Shown in pieces: positions 1 through 9,439 of a stretch of DNA of 25,379 nt (its first letter is position 1; each line of letters starts with the position of its first letter). Position numbers and translations under genes: made by a program. The notes under the pieces were generated by a model. That model made no database searches and was not told the origin of the DNA. It saw only the letters and a list, made by a program, of their open reading frames with translations. This stretch comes from a virus (taxonomy: Duplodnaviria; Caudoviricetes): positions 1 to 25,379 of the IMG/VR virus record IMGVR_UViG_3300020045_000565; one strand, given 5' to 3'.

Positions 1-27
1 TTTGAACGTAAATTGTGGAAGAGGTAG
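1..27 (+). CDS. 3' end of the upstream gene, probably the scaffolding protein (partial)
   Basis: Frame 1 reads FERKLWKR* and ends just before the coat gene RBS. Position matches the P22-like scaffold-coat order. Only 8 codons are visible. Confidence 0.35.
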   Translation, partial: FERKLWKR

Positions 28-56
28 AAAACAATGAACTCATAAAAGGAATATAA

Positions 57-1343
57 ATGGCTACTGTAAATGTAGATCAAGCAAAACTGGTTCTTAATGC
101 CTTTGCTGCAATCTTCCAGAATAACCTCTTGTCGAAGGACGTGGTTACGTGGAAGAAGTTCGACGCTGAAATGAATGATCGAAACGGTCTTGAAGTGGTT
201 GAGCAGGTTGTCCCTGACTACACGACTACCTTCACGACTAACGGCGTTGCCGACCTTACTTCTGGCGTACAGGATACGACCTTCGGTTCGGAACGTTACA
301 AGCTTGACCAGACGATCAACAGCTCGATGGGCTGGGGCGACTTTGTTAAGATTCGTGACCTCGACTCTGCTCGTGAAAGCGAAGCTCTTAAGGCTGCTGC
401 TCTTCGACTGGCGACGGACATCGACTCGTACATCCTTGGCTTTGCGGCTAAGGCGTCTAACAACTGGATCGGCGATGGTGCCAGCGCAGTTGATAGTTGG
501 ACGGAACTGGCTCAGTCGTATAGCCGCTTGAAGGCAGAAGGTGTTGATGACTTCGACACGACTGCTATTCTGGACTACGACGACTGGGTTGCTCTCGGCT
601 CGACCGTGATTGCGGATAACGCATCGCTTGCTGATATTGGTGGTGGTGTCTATCGTGACGGCTTCACTGGTAAGGTTGCCGGTATTAAGACGCGCTTCAC
701 CCAGCAGCTCCCGACGCTGACTGTTGGTACGCGTGTTGCTTCTGGTGTCTCACTTACTAACGGCACTGCCGCTGTCGCGTATGACACTGTTGCAGAATCG
801 CCGGCTCCGGGCCAGTACAAGACTCAGACCATTAACATTGATGGTCAGACTGGTGCTGTGACTCTGGTAGACGGTGAAGTGTTTACGATTGCTGGTGTGT
901 ACGCATACGACAACCGTGCTAAGAAGCGCCTTGCGCATCTTCAGCAGTTCCGAGTGATCGGAGATTACACGGCGTCTTCGGGTGCATTCACTGGTGTTCG
1001 TATCTATCCTGCGATTATCGCTACCGGCCCACATAAGACTGTGGACTACACCGGCTCGCTTGACAACCTTGCAATCGTCCATATGGGAGCTGCAAGCGCT
1101 GTCCTGAAGCCTCGCTTTATTGCTAACAAGTCGGCCATCGTGGTTAACACTGCCGACCTTATCATCCCTGCAACGGGTGAAGCAATACGCAAGGCTCTGT
1201 CGAAGGTGCCGATGAGCGTTCGCATGTGGAAGCACAGCGACTTCAACACTGGTGCTCATAGCATCCGCTTTGACGTTGGTATTAAGGCTAACGTGGCGGC
1301 TGATGGTCGTCGTCGCCTTGTACGTCTGAACGGCGCTGCATAA
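57..1343 (+). CDS. Major capsid protein, P22 coat (gp5)-like family
   Basis: 428 aa with an AAAGGA RBS. Motifs such as GEVFTIAGVYA, LQQFRV, IYPAII and RFDV resemble P22-coat-family capsids. Strong codon bias, followed by a terminator. Confidence 0.9.
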   Translation: MATVNVDQAKLVLNAFAAIFQNNLLSKDVVTWKKFDAEMNDRNGLEVVEQVVPDYTTTFTTNGVADLTSGVQDTTFGSERYKLDQTINSSMGWGDFVKIRDLDSARESEALKAAALRLATDIDSYILGFAAKASNNWIGDGASAVDSWTELAQSYSRLKAEGVDDFDTTAILDYDDWVALGSTVIADNASLADIGGGVYRDGFTGKVAGIKTRFTQQLPTLTVGTRVASGVSLTNGTAAVAYDTVAESPAPGQYKTQTINIDGQTGAVTLVDGEVFTIAGVYAYDNRAKKRLAHLQQFRVIGDYTASSGAFTGVRIYPAIIATGPHKTVDYTGSLDNLAIVHMGAASAVLKPRFIANKSAIVVNTADLIIPATGEAIRKALSKVPMSVRMWKHSDFNTGAHSIRFDVGIKANVAADGRRRLVRLNGAA

Positions 1344-1350
1344 TTGAATT

Positions 1351-1381
1351 GGGGGCCTCTGCGAAAGTACGCCCCCTTTTT
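1351..1381 (+). terminator. Rho-independent terminator after the capsid gene
   Basis: GGGGGC...GCCCCC stem with an inner TGC-GAAA-GTA element, followed by TTTTT. Confidence 0.8.
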
Positions 1382-1404
1382 AATATTTAAGGAGTTAAGC
1401 ATAA

Positions 1405-2187
1405 ATGACAACCGTGTACCAGATTATCGTTGATGCTTACCGTCAGAGCAATTTAGTAGCTCTGGGTGTATCTCCTACAGAGTTGCAAGAAACTGAAGCG
1501 CTTAGGTATCTTGGCAGGATTGTCTCACAGGCCTTCGGAAACGAAGTCGGCGACCCGCTTACCGGTTTCCCAATTGGTCGTAATAACATTGCACGGCCGT
1601 CAGGGTATCCTTGGTACAATGTTGTCCCCGACAACTATTGGTTTGTACCGAAGAACACTCGATGCAACTTGAACCTTAATCAAACAGGTGTTGAACTGTT
1701 TCTTCATCCTGCTCCTGATAATGGCTCTAGATTTGCAGTGACTGACGCTAGTTCGAATCTTTCGTCTTACCCTGTAGTCGTACACGGCAATGGAGCTTTT
1801 ATTGAAGGTGCTGAAAGTGTCACATTGAACACTAACAGTCTCGACCGTGAATGGTTCTACCGTGAAGACAAGGGTGAATGGGTTCGTTGTTCGCCTCTCG
1901 CTTTGTTCGACGAGTTTCCTTTTCCTTCAGAATTTGACGACTACTTTATTATCTCTCTGGCTTTCCGTCTTAATCCTGCCTACCAAAGAGAGATTGATCC
2001 GCAATCTAAGATTATGTGGGACAAGAGCCGTAATGCTCTTACGTCTCGATACTCTCAGGTTACTCCTGTAGATTCCGAGATCGGTCTTCTTACTAACACT
2101 AAAATGACAGCAGATCGTAATAGTCGGTACTATGGGTACTCAGACTACAGAGCAGGTCAAATGTTTAACAAAGGATGGCCTTACTAA
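1405..2187 (+). CDS. Head-tail adaptor / tail accessory factor, P22 gp4-like, with an inserted beta-rich domain
   Basis: 260 aa with an AAGGAG RBS. N-terminal MTTVYQIIVDAYRQSN and C-terminal FPFPSEFDDYFIISLAFRLNPAY resemble gp4-like adaptors. Lies directly after the coat gene. Confidence 0.7.
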   Translation: MTTVYQIIVDAYRQSNLVALGVSPTELQETEALRYLGRIVSQAFGNEVGDPLTGFPIGRNNIARPSGYPWYNVVPDNYWFVPKNTRCNLNLNQTGVELFLHPAPDNGSRFAVTDASSNLSSYPVVVHGNGAFIEGAESVTLNTNSLDREWFYREDKGEWVRCSPLALFDEFPFPSEFDDYFIISLAFRLNPAYQREIDPQSKIMWDKSRNALTSRYSQVTPVDSEIGLLTNTKMTADRNSRYYGYSDYRAGQMFNKGWPY

Positions 2188-3560
2188 TGGTTACTATTCC
2201 TCTCGGATACGCTGAAGGTGGTTCTCAAGAAGAAAACGTATCTCCTATTCGTCTGAGGAATATGTACTTAACAGAGAATCGCTTTAGCCCGGATAAGATG
2301 GCTCGACTGACTCGACCTTCTTTGACTCTGTTTAAAACGATCTCTTCTGCTCCCGTTTACGGCATCTGGCGGCAAGACGGCACTCTCGAAGACGACTGGC
2401 TTGTTGTTTGTGGTGAAGTTCTTTATCGAGTAGATGCTGTGACTTTCACAGTTACAGAAGTGGGGACACTTCCCGGAACAGACTACTGTGTATTCGCCGG
2501 AACTGTAAATCGGGTTATCATTGTACGGAACGGTGTGGCCCACTCAACAGACGGTACGACGGTTACTGAAATTGACATGCCTGATGACAGGCTTGTTGGT
2601 AGTATCGGAACCATTGATGGTTCGTTCCTTCTTGGTGTGAAAGGGACTCAACGCTTCTATTGGATTAAACCGGGAGAGACTGATCCTGATCCACTAAGCT
2701 TTGCTTCTGCTGAGCGTACCCCGGACTCTCTAATGGCTATTAACATTGTTAGTGACGAGATTTGGTTCCTAGGAGCCTCAGGTGTAGAAGTCTGGTCTAC
2801 TACAGGTGATCAGGACCTCCCTTACCAGAGAATCTCCGGGCGTGTATACGGGGAAGGTTGCGCTGCCGCTGCTACAGCTTGTGTAGCAAACTATCAAAGT
2901 GTTCCGTGTCTTCTATGGGTTTCTGAAAAGAGGTCCGTAATGATGGCTCAGGGAACTCCTACGAGAGTTAGTACTAAGTCTGTAGAAGAGAAGCTGAGAG
3001 CTGCCACTAACTTGAGGGCTTGGGTGTTTCGTTTTAACCAGCACGACTTCTATGCTATCACATACGACCAAGGAACTTTAGTTTTTGATTTGACTACGCA
3101 GTCTTGGTCTACATGGGACTCTTTCGGGCAAGTTAACTGGCGAGCTCATATTGGGTTTCAGGTCAATCAAGACGTTTACGCAGGAGACCTTATTACAGGT
3201 GTTCTATGGAAGCTTGAAGACGGTCCATCTGACAATGGTGATCCCATCGTACGGGAACTCTCTGGCTTCATCGCTGAACAGTCTATAGGCACAACCTGTA
3301 ATTCTGTCAACCTTAGAATGAATACAGGATGGACTCCTGATTACGACTACACTCCTCAAATTGAAATGCGTTTCAGTGATGACTACGGTTTTTCTTGGAG
3401 CGTTTACCTACCTGCCAACATTGGCAAAAAAGGTAACTACGAATATGATGTAATTTGGAGATCGTTAGGAAGGTACAGTCGGCCCGGTCGAGAGTTCCAG
3501 TTCAGGTACTCCGATCTTTCTAAACTACGTATTGATTACGCAACTATGAACGAGGTCTAA
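2187..3560 (+). CDS. Packaged-DNA stabilisation / tail hub protein, P22 gp10-like
   Basis: Start taken at the TAATG overlap (MVTIPLG). Beta-rich, with FASAERTPD, EVWSTTG and MRFSDDYGFSWS...G.Y...VIWRSLG motifs typical of gp10-like proteins. Confidence 0.8.
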   Translation: MVTIPLGYAEGGSQEENVSPIRLRNMYLTENRFSPDKMARLTRPSLTLFKTISSAPVYGIWRQDGTLEDDWLVVCGEVLYRVDAVTFTVTEVGTLPGTDYCVFAGTVNRVIIVRNGVAHSTDGTTVTEIDMPDDRLVGSIGTIDGSFLLGVKGTQRFYWIKPGETDPDPLSFASAERTPDSLMAINIVSDEIWFLGASGVEVWSTTGDQDLPYQRISGRVYGEGCAAAATACVANYQSVPCLLWVSEKRSVMMAQGTPTRVSTKSVEEKLRAATNLRAWVFRFNQHDFYAITYDQGTLVFDLTTQSWSTWDSFGQVNWRAHIGFQVNQDVYAGDLITGVLWKLEDGPSDNGDPIVRELSGFIAEQSIGTTCNSVNLRMNTGWTPDYDYTPQIEMRFSDDYGFSWSVYLPANIGKKGNYEYDVIWRSLGRYSRPGREFQFRYSDLSKLRIDYATMNEV

Positions 3561-3866
3561 ATGGCTATTAGCAGATTACCACGGCTTCTCATTAATTGGT
3601 TTTCCCAGCCAGAGACATTCCGCCGTTATTGGGATCAGTTTGCAACGGCTATCGAAGACCTTCGTGGTAGTTTTGAAACCTTGTCAGCAAATATTGATGA
3701 AATCAGAGCAGAACCAATTCTTGTAGATGACTTGACACTTGTCGTCGATTATAATCGTGCAATCGTTTCTGATGCAACTACTACAGGTTTTAATGATCCT
3801 GTTGTGGGTGGAGGAACTGAAATAGTTCCTGTTTTTTTTGATGGTACGATTTGGCGTATCGGGTAA
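3561..3866 (+). CDS. Small tail protein in the position of the P22 gp26 tail needle
   Basis: 101 aa abutting the previous stop. Short amphipathic helix (FATAIEDLRGSFETLSANIDEI) followed by a tail-type C-terminus (VVGGGTEIVPVFFDGTIWRIG). Confidence 0.55.
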   Translation: MAISRLPRLLINWFSQPETFRRYWDQFATAIEDLRGSFETLSANIDEIRAEPILVDDLTLVVDYNRAIVSDATTTGFNDPVVGGGTEIVPVFFDGTIWRIG

Positions 3867-3875
3867 GGAGTTCTA

Positions 3876-6575
3876 ATGGCTAGTTTTGTACATCTTATCG
3901 ACCAGCGCCGGCTAATTGGTCCGGGAGGTTCGACTACTGGCGGTAGTATTTTCTTCTACCTGACTGGTACTACTGTGAAGGCTCCTATCTACCAAGATGC
4001 TGCCCTTCTTATTCCTGCGGCTAATCCTGTTGTGGTGGCGGCAGGTCAAATAATTCCTCTTATCTTTCTTGATGCTACTGTCGAATACCGAAGGGTTATT
4101 CAATATCTTGACGGCAGTTTCGACGAACAAGACCCTCTTGGTAACGTTTTCTCGGAAGGCGAGCTTGGTCTTCCAGTAGGGGGAGTTATCGACTTCTCTG
4201 GCGCTACTGCTCCTGCAGGCTTTGTATTCTGCTACGGACAAGAACTGTCCCGTACAGAGTATTCTGAGCTATTTGATGTGATCTCTACCCAGTACGGACC
4301 GGGTAACGGAACCACCACTTTCAATGTCCCTGATTATAGAGGGCGTGTTGGTGCTGGTAAGGACAACATGGGAGGCAGTGCTGCATCTCGTTTGACTACG
4401 GCGTCTGTCAATGGTCTCATCCTTGGCCAGACAGGCGGTGCAGAAACACATACTCTTACTACAGGCCAAATCCCAGCGCATAATCACACTCTTACTGATC
4501 CGGGGCACTCCCACCAGCAGCGTCGTGGTTCGCCTCAGGGGGCTAACGGAGACGGAGACGCACCGTTCACGTACGAGTATGGATCGAATGAATATGGCCT
4601 GACTAGCTCGGCTACGACAGGCATCACACTTGCTTCTGTCGGTGGCGGCGAGGCTCATAATAACGTTCAGCCTACCATCGTCGTCAACAAGATTATCAAG
4701 ACCGAGACTACTAGCTTCTTGTCTATGCTTGGTGTTGATCTTGCTGCTGAAGCAGCTAGCGCTGTTAATTCTATCCAAGAGGCTGGCGACGATCAGATTG
4801 CTTTGATCTCTGCAGCCGGATATGAATTTGTTGATGCTGCTGAAGAACAGGCAATACGAGCAGAAGAGGCCCGTGACGAAGTTGTCGCCCTTGCGGTATC
4901 GTATCGTCGTTCAGGGACTCTTGAAACTCGTGAGTTGATTCCCCTATTAGATCGTTACAGCGGGATGCTGTTCGATGTGACATGGACCGATGATACGCAG
5001 ACCACATGGATCGGTCGAACGTTTGAATGGCGCTTGGCGGGCGAGCCGGGTGGCCCGAAGCGCAACCTCGCCGCGCTGGGCAGTGACCAGTGGGTTGGGC
5101 TTTACACCGCGTTTGATGACCGTAACCTGTCGTCTGGTGAATGGTTTGGACAACTTCCTGCTGCAAATGTAGTAGGCCTTGTTCAAGCTCAGACAGATAT
5201 TGCAGACCTTGAGGAACTAGGAGTTAACTCGTTTAATGTTTTCGCTCTTAACGGCTCTACGACTCCTCCTGTTCAAGCTGAATGGTCGCTACGTGGAACT
5301 ACTCCAGAGTTTTTGACTCTTACGTGGGATGATCATACAATCACTCTCCCTGCTTCCTTGCAGGGTAAGATTGTTCCACCTGATTGGGATGGTATTACTT
5401 CTGCAGTAATTTTTGGTAACAGCCTGTCTGACACCAGAGATGATAATGGAACGACAGTCGTTTATTGGCCTTCTATCTATGCTGCCAGTACGGGACAGAC
5501 AGTTACTAATAATGCGTCCTATAGCAGCGACTTTGTTGAGTTGCTTAAAGGTGGTCTTGCTCCGATCTACTTGACGATTACTGACGATGAACTTCCTGCT
5601 GCCGGTGATACAGCTTTGATTACTGCTATCAACGGAACTGCTCCTAGTGCTAACCCTTCAGACGGCGTTTCCTTCCTCTCGGTTAATGATGTTGCTGTGG
5701 TAACAGGATTGACTGCAACAGGATGGTTGGCAGGACGTAGGGTAACAGTGTCTGTCCCCAACGGAGGAAGTGCTGTCTACAGTATCGAACAAGATAGTGG
5801 AGATTTAGTAACCCTAGACGGCCCTGCTTTGTTTACTCCTGATAGTGCTTTCGCTCTTGGTAAGGGAGTTGTTCATAACGCTACCGGACAGAACTACTTC
5901 TATGCGTCTGTTCCTCAGACGTATATGGGACACACTGGATACTTTAACGCTCAAGCGTTTATAAATGATGCTGCAATTCGAGCTAGTGCAATGGGTTGGC
6001 CAGTGCTTGAATGGTCTGTCCTTCCTCAGGCTGATTGGGCAACTACTGGAACAGGTAACCCGTACGACGCAATGGAAGCGTTCAACGCTCTGAGAGAAGA
6101 GTTTGCGCCACAGTGTGTAATGCGAGATAACTTGGGCAGGACCTTCCTAGAACGCCTACAAGATAATATCATTCCCGGTAACGCTGATGATATTGCTGAC
6201 GTGGCGGCAGGCCTTACCCCTCGCTCTCTTCGTATTGACTTGGGAGGGGGAACGTTTGATCCCCTCCATCTGTCTGCTACGGTTAATTCAGGGCAGACAG
6301 TCTCAGGACAACAAGTAGCTGCTGCGTTCATCGAAGAGGCTCTAGGCAATCTTACTTCACCTCCTGCAATTAATCAAGATACTGATTTCCGATTGGTAGC
6401 AACTCCTGCTACTGGTGATCCTGTTGAGATTATTTCGAGAGTGCAGCCCGATGCAGCGACCTCTAAGCGGACTGAGAGTTACATTCAGTCTTCTACTCCT
6501 ACTACTACTGCAGCAGCCTTGTGGTTCGACACGACTGATGCAGGTTTCCTGACTCTCAAAATACAAAGAGGTTAA
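3876..6575 (+). CDS. Tail fibre/spike: head-binding-like N-terminus, phage tail collar domain, SGNH-like esterase domain
   Basis: 899 aa with an AAGGAG RBS. Tail collar motif PVGGVIDFSG...PAGFVFCYGQELSRTEYSELF...GNGTTTFNVPDYRGR is clear. VIFGNSLS and DPLH resemble SGNH blocks I and V. Confidence 0.8.
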   Translation: MASFVHLIDQRRLIGPGGSTTGGSIFFYLTGTTVKAPIYQDAALLIPAANPVVVAAGQIIPLIFLDATVEYRRVIQYLDGSFDEQDPLGNVFSEGELGLPVGGVIDFSGATAPAGFVFCYGQELSRTEYSELFDVISTQYGPGNGTTTFNVPDYRGRVGAGKDNMGGSAASRLTTASVNGLILGQTGGAETHTLTTGQIPAHNHTLTDPGHSHQQRRGSPQGANGDGDAPFTYEYGSNEYGLTSSATTGITLASVGGGEAHNNVQPTIVVNKIIKTETTSFLSMLGVDLAAEAASAVNSIQEAGDDQIALISAAGYEFVDAAEEQAIRAEEARDEVVALAVSYRRSGTLETRELIPLLDRYSGMLFDVTWTDDTQTTWIGRTFEWRLAGEPGGPKRNLAALGSDQWVGLYTAFDDRNLSSGEWFGQLPAANVVGLVQAQTDIADLEELGVNSFNVFALNGSTTPPVQAEWSLRGTTPEFLTLTWDDHTITLPASLQGKIVPPDWDGITSAVIFGNSLSDTRDDNGTTVVYWPSIYAASTGQTVTNNASYSSDFVELLKGGLAPIYLTITDDELPAAGDTALITAINGTAPSANPSDGVSFLSVNDVAVVTGLTATGWLAGRRVTVSVPNGGSAVYSIEQDSGDLVTLDGPALFTPDSAFALGKGVVHNATGQNYFYASVPQTYMGHTGYFNAQAFINDAAIRASAMGWPVLEWSVLPQADWATTGTGNPYDAMEAFNALREEFAPQCVMRDNLGRTFLERLQDNIIPGNADDIADVAAGLTPRSLRIDLGGGTFDPLHLSATVNSGQTVSGQQVAAAFIEEALGNLTSPPAINQDTDFRLVATPATGDPVEIISRVQPDAATSKRTESYIQSSTPTTTAAALWFDTTDAGFLTLKIQRG

Positions 6576-6577
6576 TA

Positions 6578-6886
6578 ATGGCTTTTGAAGAACTCCGTAT
6601 AGGATTAAAGTACGTAGCTCCTGAAACATGGACTACTCCTTCAACGGCGTGGGATGTACGTCAGTATAGCGATGCAGAGGTACAGTTCGTCACGGCTCCT
6701 TCGACCCCGTACCAGCCTCAGCGCAGCCTCGACGGCACAAACTACGTCAACACGCTGGCGTTCGATCAGGCGGGCACCTCGTACAGCACGATTACGACTG
6801 CGGGCATCTACTCGTTCGATGGCGGCGGGTATCTCAAGTTCAGCGCGGGTGCCGGGTCTACGCTTACCCGGAGGGCTGGGGCATGA
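6578..6886 (+). CDS. Small virion/tail-associated hypothetical protein
   Basis: 102 aa with a GAGG RBS, beta-rich. Its stop overlaps the next start (ATGA). Confidence 0.65.
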   Translation: MAFEELRIGLKYVAPETWTTPSTAWDVRQYSDAEVQFVTAPSTPYQPQRSLDGTNYVNTLAFDQAGTSYSTITTAGIYSFDGGGYLKFSAGAGSTLTRRAGA

Positions 6887-8457
6887 GGGACGCACGAGCA
6901 AGGGCACTGGCAGCAGGGGCGCGAGCGGGTGCGAATGTCGCCAAAAAGCGGCTGTCTCAAGTCGCCACGCGATGCCAACTGGCGACGACGTTTACCAGCA
7001 ACAAGAACATCATGAGCCGCACTTATCGGCACATGCGCGCCAATGCCCAGCGCTTCAAGATCGTCGTGTCGGCGGGATTTGTTGATAGCGCGGCGAACTT
7101 CACGGAAAGTCCTCTGGGTGCAAACCCGACTGTGACTGCCTCGGTCGAATACCCGCTTGGGACGCATACGCGCGTCACCTTTGGCGGTGCGGCAAAAGGG
7201 ATCATCCCCGATCTCGGCCACCTTGAAAGCGACTGGATTGAAGTAGCAATCCCGGTTGGCGAGAAGTTCGGCACTGACCTGTGGATGGATAACGCCGCAG
7301 GCAACGGACTGGCCTATTCGAGTTCAAAGCTCGCGCCGGATATGGGCGACTTGTTCGCACGCGCTACCAGCACCGCCGATAGCACTATGGGCGGGACCTT
7401 CACCGGCACAAGCACAACCGAAAGCCTGATGCCGTCTGCAATCATCGCTGAGTCTCAGGATGGTGCGGTGATCATCTGCGGTGACTCCATCGCATTCGGT
7501 GTTGCGCCAATGACTGCCCTTGCCGCCACGGATGGTCGAATCGGCATTGTCGAAACATCGCTGGGCACCCTGCCTTATCTTAATATCGCGGTGGCTGGCG
7601 ATTGGGGTTGGTACTTCCGCAATAGCCATGATTGGCGGATGGCGCTTGCCAACTATGCCAGTGTGGCCGTCTACGAATACGGGATCAACGACATCACGGG
7701 CAGCAGGACCGCTGCGCAGGTTGCCGATGACCGTCAGAATTTTCTGCAAAGCCTTCCGCTCGGGATGCCTGCCTATCTCACGACTGTAATTCCGCGCACA
7801 GCATCAAGCGATAATTGGGCAACCACTGGGAACCAATCTTTCCCATCGGCGGGCCGCGAGACAATCCGAGTTACCGAGAACACCGCGCGGAAGGCATCGC
7901 CTACAGGTTGGGCGGGATGCTTCGACACGGAAAGCGTCATTGAAAGCGCGCCTTCCTCAGGATTGTGGTATGTCACTGGGGTAGCCAATGCTACCACTTC
8001 GGACGGCACTCACCCCACCAATGCGGCTGTGCAGAGAGTTGTTGATGCTGAGTTGATCGACGCTGCGGCGCTTCGTGCACGACGGTTCCGAGCATTTACC
8101 GAACCTACCAAGCGCGGGCTTCCTGTGCCTTATCGCCGCGCATCGAGCCAGACGCTACCGACAGATTATGCGGGACGCACGATCACAAATATGGGGGCAA
8201 CGGCCCTCGCGACATACACACTGCCTTCGCCTGTCGATGGGCTGGTATTCGATTTCATCGTGGCAGATGCCGATGGCATCCGGGTTCAGGTGGCAACTTC
8301 TTCGGGATCGGCCACAAGTAGGATTTATCTTGGCGGGTCAGTCAGCGCGGATGGGGGCTACATCCAAAGCACGACTTTGGGCAGCACTGTGCGCCTCGAA
8401 TGTCATGCCGGATCATGGTACGCGCGTGCATCAACCGGGACTTGGGCTGCTACATGA
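6883..8457 (+). CDS. SGNH/GDSL hydrolase-domain tail protein (putative acetylesterase)
   Basis: 524 aa with ICGDSIA (block I), YEYGIND (block III) and DGTHP (block V), plus a C-terminal tail-type beta domain. GC content is higher than the flanks. Confidence 0.8.
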   Translation: MRDARARALAAGARAGANVAKKRLSQVATRCQLATTFTSNKNIMSRTYRHMRANAQRFKIVVSAGFVDSAANFTESPLGANPTVTASVEYPLGTHTRVTFGGAAKGIIPDLGHLESDWIEVAIPVGEKFGTDLWMDNAAGNGLAYSSSKLAPDMGDLFARATSTADSTMGGTFTGTSTTESLMPSAIIAESQDGAVIICGDSIAFGVAPMTALAATDGRIGIVETSLGTLPYLNIAVAGDWGWYFRNSHDWRMALANYASVAVYEYGINDITGSRTAAQVADDRQNFLQSLPLGMPAYLTTVIPRTASSDNWATTGNQSFPSAGRETIRVTENTARKASPTGWAGCFDTESVIESAPSSGLWYVTGVANATTSDGTHPTNAAVQRVVDAELIDAAALRARRFRAFTEPTKRGLPVPYRRASSQTLPTDYAGRTITNMGATALATYTLPSPVDGLVFDFIVADADGIRVQVATSSGSATSRIYLGGSVSADGGYIQSTTLGSTVRLECHAGSWYARASTGTWAAT

Positions 8458-8490
8458 TTATCCCACTCATCCCCGAAGAAAGGCTCCCCC

Positions 8491-8559
8491 ATGAACCGCA
8501 ATGAAATAGCCAAGGAACTTGCTGAACTCGGGCAGGATGAAGCGCGGGATGTTCTTTAG
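8491..8559 (+). pseudogene. Possible truncated gene remnant at the right edge of the high-GC tail module
   Basis: GAAAGG RBS then MNRNEIAKELAELGQDEARDVL*. It ends where composition returns to background and overlaps the GNAT start. Confidence 0.35.
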
Positions 8560-8965
8560 TTCGAACACAAAAAGTATAGTAAAAACTCTGTCCCCTTTCT
8601 TAGACGAGATTGAAGGATTCTCTGAACAAGATTGGGGACAGCAGTCTTCTAACTTAGCTGTGACAGACAACGATAAAGACTTTGCTTTGTTCGAACTTGA
8701 TCTACCGAGAGTTTACTACGGACATCTGTTCTGCTCTACTCGTACGGGTAAAGAAGCTATAATCTTTGGTAAGCAAGCTCTTTCGTTCCTGTTCGATAAC
8801 AGTGATGCTAAAGCAGTCTGTGGTTTGACTCCGTACGAGAAAAGAAATGTTAGGTTGGTTATGCGAAAGATTGGGTTGAAGTCTTATGGATTAGTCAACA
8901 CGGAAAAGGGTTTGATGGAGAACTTCATCATTACGGAACAAGAATGGAGAACTATGAATGAGTAG
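8549..8965 (+). CDS. GNAT-fold virion assembly protein (P22 gp14 / T7 gp13 / DUF2824-like)
   Basis: Start chosen at MFFSS (8549) and uncertain. Contains YYGHLF, RTGKEA and GLTPYEKRNVRLVMRKIGLKSYG. Sits just before the ejection genes. Confidence 0.65.
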   Translation: MFFSSNTKSIVKTLSPFLDEIEGFSEQDWGQQSSNLAVTDNDKDFALFELDLPRVYYGHLFCSTRTGKEAIIFGKQALSFLFDNSDAKAVCGLTPYEKRNVRLVMRKIGLKSYGLVNTEKGLMENFIITEQEWRTMNE

Positions 8966-9437
8966 TCTTTTTGGAGGGTCTAAATCTAAGACCGAAAATC
9001 AGGCGTATGGCGCTATCAATAGCGCTTTTAGTCCTCTGTTCCAGTACGCTGGTGAAGGGGCGAAGGGCCTGTCTGCTCTGCTTGGTGGTGATGCTACCGG
9101 CTTTAATAAATACAAAGACGCTGTAGGTTACGACTGGGAACAAGAGAGGGGCGGTGATAACGTCATGTCTAAGTTCGCCCAAATCGGCGGTCTTGACAGC
9201 GGCGCGACATTGAAGGGTCTTGCTAGTTTCCAGAGCGGTTTGGACAATCAGTTTGCTTCTACCTATCTTGACAAGCTTCTCGGTATGTCGAGTGTCGGTA
9301 CGTCTGCCGGTCAACTTGTTACACAGGCTGGCCAGAAGAGTACTTCCAGCAGCTCTCCGGGCATCGCAGGATTCCTTGGTAAGGCTGCTGCCGGTATTGC
9401 AACGGGTGGAGCCTCTCTAGCAGCGACAGGGCTTTAA
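8958..9437 (+). CDS. DNA ejection / internal virion protein (P22 gp7-like)
   Basis: 159 aa, Gly/Ala/Ser-rich (MSSLFGGSKS, GGLDSGATLKGL). GGAG RBS. First of three ejection-type genes. Confidence 0.7.
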   Translation: MSSLFGGSKSKTENQAYGAINSAFSPLFQYAGEGAKGLSALLGGDATGFNKYKDAVGYDWEQERGGDNVMSKFAQIGGLDSGATLKGLASFQSGLDNQFASTYLDKLLGMSSVGTSAGQLVTQAGQKSTSSSSPGIAGFLGKAAAGIATGGASLAATGL

Positions 9438-9439
9438 TC

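Noticed and set aside
34-45. Three-codon upstream ORF (MNS*) before the capsid gene
   Set aside because: Too short to support and likely to occur by chance in an AT-rich spacer.
6654-7085. Alternative-frame ORFs of 143 aa (6654-7085) and 139 aa (8075-8494) in the high-GC block
   Set aside because: Expected from stop-codon scarcity at high GC, and they overlap well-supported genes.
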